Positions 60,392 through 64,000 of a DNA stretch of 64,000 nucleotides are shown here, in pieces. Position 1 is the first letter of the stretch; every line of letters starts with the position of its first letter. A program made the position numbers and the translations under genes. The notes under the pieces were generated by a model, which saw only the letters and a list, made by a program, of their open reading frames with translations, was not told where the DNA came from and did no database searches. The stretch comes from Cercozoa sp. M6MM (lineage: Eukaryota > Protista > Endomyxa: Ascetosporea): the NCBI GenBank assembly GCA_040357565.1, contig JBDODJ010000044.1; one strand, written 5' to 3'.

Positions 60392-60673
60392 TCCACAAAC
60401 ACATACACAAACACATACACAAACACATACACAAACACACACACAAACACATACACACATACACATACATGCATATGTATAGATGACATAGCGACACCAG
60501 CCTTACCAGAACTGCTCGTTGCCAACTCTTGCCGACATTGTGTCGATGTCGAGCTGTTCCTCGAGTTTTCGCAGCAGCAGCTCATTGGACTCGTCGTCCT
60601 TCTCGTGGTCCTCCTTGGAGAAGGACCGCCGCGCATGCAGCACGGCATGCAGCAGCTCCTGCGCCGCTATCAT
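54803..60673 (-). CDS. Large helical protein with a central Ser/acidic region and TPR repeats; possibly a fusion or two genes
   Basis: ATG 60673; exons splice in frame through ...IEDQ|GVGAPPMELSSS...QP|QTHTAASSDSES...; TPR-like ADCHVNLGLVYRSMGSVEDALQHMARAVALAEK; NLS-like PPSKRRRV. Confidence 0.6.
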
Positions 60674-60847
60674 GCCGTTCACACTAACTTCAATCTAATA
60701 AAGTGCCTGCTTTTCGACATTCGGCCCCCAATTTGTTGTTTTGGCGCCGAAAAACACTTGTTGTTTAAGGATGCGTTCGTTTGGGGTTGATGCTGCTGCA
60801 AGGCAAGCTGCCACATCTGCGGCTGTTCACGGCGGAGTGTAAGTTGG

Positions 60848-61877
60848 ATGCAGAACGTGGCTCGACGAAGGTACGATTTTGCGCGCTCCTCAGTGTTTCT
60901 GGCTTCCACAACACCCGACTTGGTATTTCGTATTTTGCCTGCTTCGTACCATGCGCAGCGCCCGAGCCAGCGCGCGCGCCTTCGGTGCCTCCACCACTGG
61001 TGACGTGTGGATGCTGCCAGGTGCGCGCCGCATCGTCATGGAGCAGGTGTTTTGGTGTCTGCCCCCCTCCGACCTTCTATGGGACATGTGTTTCACAGGG
61101 TCTAGATCCGAGCAGCATCACCGGAACTGGAAGACGCGGCCTTGTCCTGAAGAGCGACGTGATTCTCGCGCTGGAAGCAGGTTCGGCCAAGCCAATGCCC
61201 GCTGTGTCGAAGCAGGAGGAAAGCACCAAACAGTTCATCACTCCGACCACCGGCCTGAGAGGGGTGCGCTTTTCTGGACCTACGGGGGGCAAATTTCTCT
61301 GGCAGGAATTAAAAACCTTTCTCACAGCGTCGTTCAAACGGTGGTGGTTTTCGAGACCGCAAGGTGTCGGCCGAGCATGTCGAGGCCGCTCGTCGTCTCG
61401 TGTCGCTCAAGCAGGCGATGCCGCACGCCTACTGCACGGCCTCGGTCGACGTGTCGTCGCTGCCTACGGACACGGACTTTGCCTCGCTCGTGCGTCGTGC
61501 CACGGCTGCCGCCGTACTCGAATTCGACGCGCTGGAAGGCCAGGTATACACACACGCGTGCATACACACACGCCTGCGTGCGCGCGTATGTGCTGGTTGA
61601 ATACCTTGTGTGTCCTTTGTGTCCTGTGCAGAAGGTGCTAGTGCGCGACGATCTGACGCAGGTATCGGCGCTGCCATCGCTGGGCGATGCCGATGCCGCC
61701 ATCGTGTGCGTCGGTGGTGTGCGTCCGCACGGGGAGCGGCGCACACTGTCGCTGCAGGTCATCAGCGACGCGAGGTGCCTCCAAGAGCACGAAAGCGCGA
61801 GTTTCGTGCAGCTTCTCGCTCGACACGTTGAGTTCGCCAACGTCGCCGCTACTGCGACTGCGACCGGCTCCATGTAG
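60848..61877 (+). CDS. E3-binding-protein-like 2-oxoacid dehydrogenase subunit lacking a lipoyl domain and the catalytic His
   Basis: Presequence MQNVARRS|ARASARAF; PSBD PGARRIVMEQ|GLDPSSITGTGRRGLVLKSDV; core start AARRLVSLKQAMPHAY; ISDARCLQE in place of DHRxxDG. Confidence 0.8.
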
Positions 61878-62160
61878 TAGAAAGACCTTGCCTTTCGATC
61901 GCTCGACCCGACCAGACTCGACTTTGTTCTGTTGAGTTAACGTTCGCTTTTCTCAACGCAACTGAAGCGCTCGGCTGGCGGAGCGATAATAATACACTGG
62001 GCTACGCTACGCACTAGCGAACGTAACAAATTTTAACTGATCCATGCATCGGATCACGTCAACTGTCGTGTGTATGTTGTCGAGTATGCACGGATGATGT
62101 GGTCAGGTCAATTGCAACCATCAGCGCTGGCAGCTAGCTCGTCTCGACCACCGCGACCCC

Positions 62161-63954
62161 TCAAAGACCCATGGCAGAAATAGCGCGACCAAAGAAGGAG
62201 CGGCCGTGGCCAGGCCGCTTTCCCTTGGCCGTCCCGTGCGGCGCAGGAGTGGGAGGTGCCATCGCCTTGTTGGCAGTGCTTTTGTCGTTCTCGGCTCTGA
62301 CCGGAGCTTTCGAGGCGTCGCTGTCTGCGTGTGCCAACGTCTGAATTTGTGCCGGAACCGGCGACAGAAATTGCGACTGCTTTCGCCGCGCTTGCTGCGG
62401 ATGCGACTTCGACTGCTGCGGCTGCGACTTCGACTGTTGAGAGCGGCGGAACCGTCGGCGCACAGGTGTCGTCCGCGCAGGAGTTGCTCTCGCGGGCATT
62501 GCTCTCGCAGTTGTCGTTGCCTTGGTGCGGCCCTTGCTGCCGGCGTTGTTGGAAACCGCAGTCCTGACGCTGCTGCTATTGGAGGCACTCGCAGTGCTGC
62601 CTGGCACAGCAGCTACGGGCACAGGTACACGGCCTGCCTTCGACGACACGCTGTTTCGGCGTGCCTGAGACGAACAAAGGCATATGACACACGCGTGACA
62701 CACGCGTGACACACGCGTGACACACACACACACACACCTTCCGCGCAGATGACGCCGGCACCGGCATCGGCACTTTCGGAACAACGCTTCGTCGGCGTGG
62801 CGTCTGTGTTTGACATACCATACATACACGCACATATACATACCATGTTTTGGAACAACACACGAGTGTGCAGGCGTACCTTGGGTGTCGTCGGCTCGAA
62901 CGTGTATCGCCGTTTGGTGCTTCCGGTGTGCACCTTTGTCAGCAAGGAGGCAAAGATTAGCGTGTTGAGTGACTCCTGTCGAATACAGAACAGACAATGG
63001 ATACGTGACACAAATGAAAAGGGGCGAAAGAGGACACCAACTACCTTTTTATCAGTCTCGAGAGGCGACAGCGTGATGAAGAAGGCAGTCTTGGCGCCGC
63101 CTCCCAGCGAGTTTTTCAGCAGCCAGGTGAGCGCACTGTCGCGGTAGGGTACGTGGGCCGTGCTGTCGCTGCCACCACTAGTATTGGCCACCTTCTGTAC
63201 CACCGCGGACAAGGCACTCAGCGATTTCTGTGTGTTGGAGTCACGAGGCACGGTATTTTGTGGGTATCTAGACCCTTGACTACACACGAAAAAGAAGTAC
63301 GTTAATATGCACGGCCTCTTTCTTGGTGTCACCGGTCGCTTGCGAACGGTTGATTCGCTCCGAGCCTGCCCTGCTAGTATGCACAAAGTGATACATTTTA
63401 CACACACAGGTCACTCACTGCCCAATTAATAAAACGACAGGGGTACAGGTCAACCATCGCCAGTGTGCTCTGTCTTCGCTCAGTTCCCTATACACAGTGT
63501 ACTGGTGCAAGTGCAAACATGTGCCACAACGTCTATGCGTGTTGGGTACCCTGGAGGCACGCAAGCGCAGCAGAAACACGGCATGCGAGCGCGAAGACTC
63601 TGCGTTCTGCTTCGTCGATGCTGTCGCTCGCTTTGCCTGCGCACGTGCAACAAATACAATCTACAAAAGGACGATTTTGTCATGAGTTAGTACCATGGCA
63701 TCGCTAAGAATATCGGTGGCCTGTGAGAGCGAGCTTACAGCGAGAGTCTTGGCACCCTGCACGACCGTGTCGTTGGCCAGGTGCCTATTGAAACAACCGG
63801 TATACCAGACGGAGGACACCCGGGAAGGTAGGGTACCGAATCTGCAGCTGATCGGACGGCGTGGTAGGGCACAGCAGGTCACGCAGTTTGTCGTTGTGCA
63901 CTTCAAGAAACGAAGCACTACAGCAACAAGTAAATATACATTATATGCATATCC

Positions 63955-64000
<46 letters not shown>
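62161..64000 (-). CDS. Kinesin motor protein (kinesin-14-like motor) with a basic low-complexity tail; 5' part outside the window
   Basis: SFLEVHNDKLRDLL, TASTKQNAESSRSH, MVDL|AGSER, HIN|KSLSAL, HVPYRDSALTWLLKNSLGGGAKT, ESLNTLIFA. Confidence 0.93.

Overview
This is a gene-dense, very intron-rich eukaryotic (protist-type) scaffold using the standard genetic code. Introns are mostly short GT-AG introns (about 50-100 nt) with degenerate donors, frequent AAG acceptors and long (TG)n/(CA)n microsatellites. The ORF track is mostly artefactual, so I assembled genes by splicing exons by hand; boundaries are approximate. Recognisable genes in order: EngA/Der double GTPase, Rab1, TFIIF beta, eIF5, a divergent ASF1, a divergent CFIm25/NUDT21, ESCO/Eco1, SEC14-GOLD, AP-4 mu, a RhoGAP with a BAR-like N-terminus, a secreted S9 peptidase (DPP5-like), a bacterial-type NagD phosphatase, a large TPR protein, a lipoyl-less E3BP-like protein and a kinesin. 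Orphans include a GPI-anchored protein with two copies of an unrecognised 8-Cys domain, a giant secreted IPT/TIG protein that appears split by a mis-oriented contig, and a trihelix/Myb-like factor. Highlights: (UG)n tracts strongly biased to the sense strand and often abutting splice acceptors; a CFIm25 whose UGUA-reading residues appear substituted; a dispersed intergenic foldback element; a catalytically dead lipoyl-less E2/E3BP; and a likely HGT-derived NagD. No rRNA, tRNA, CRISPR or transposase was recognised.
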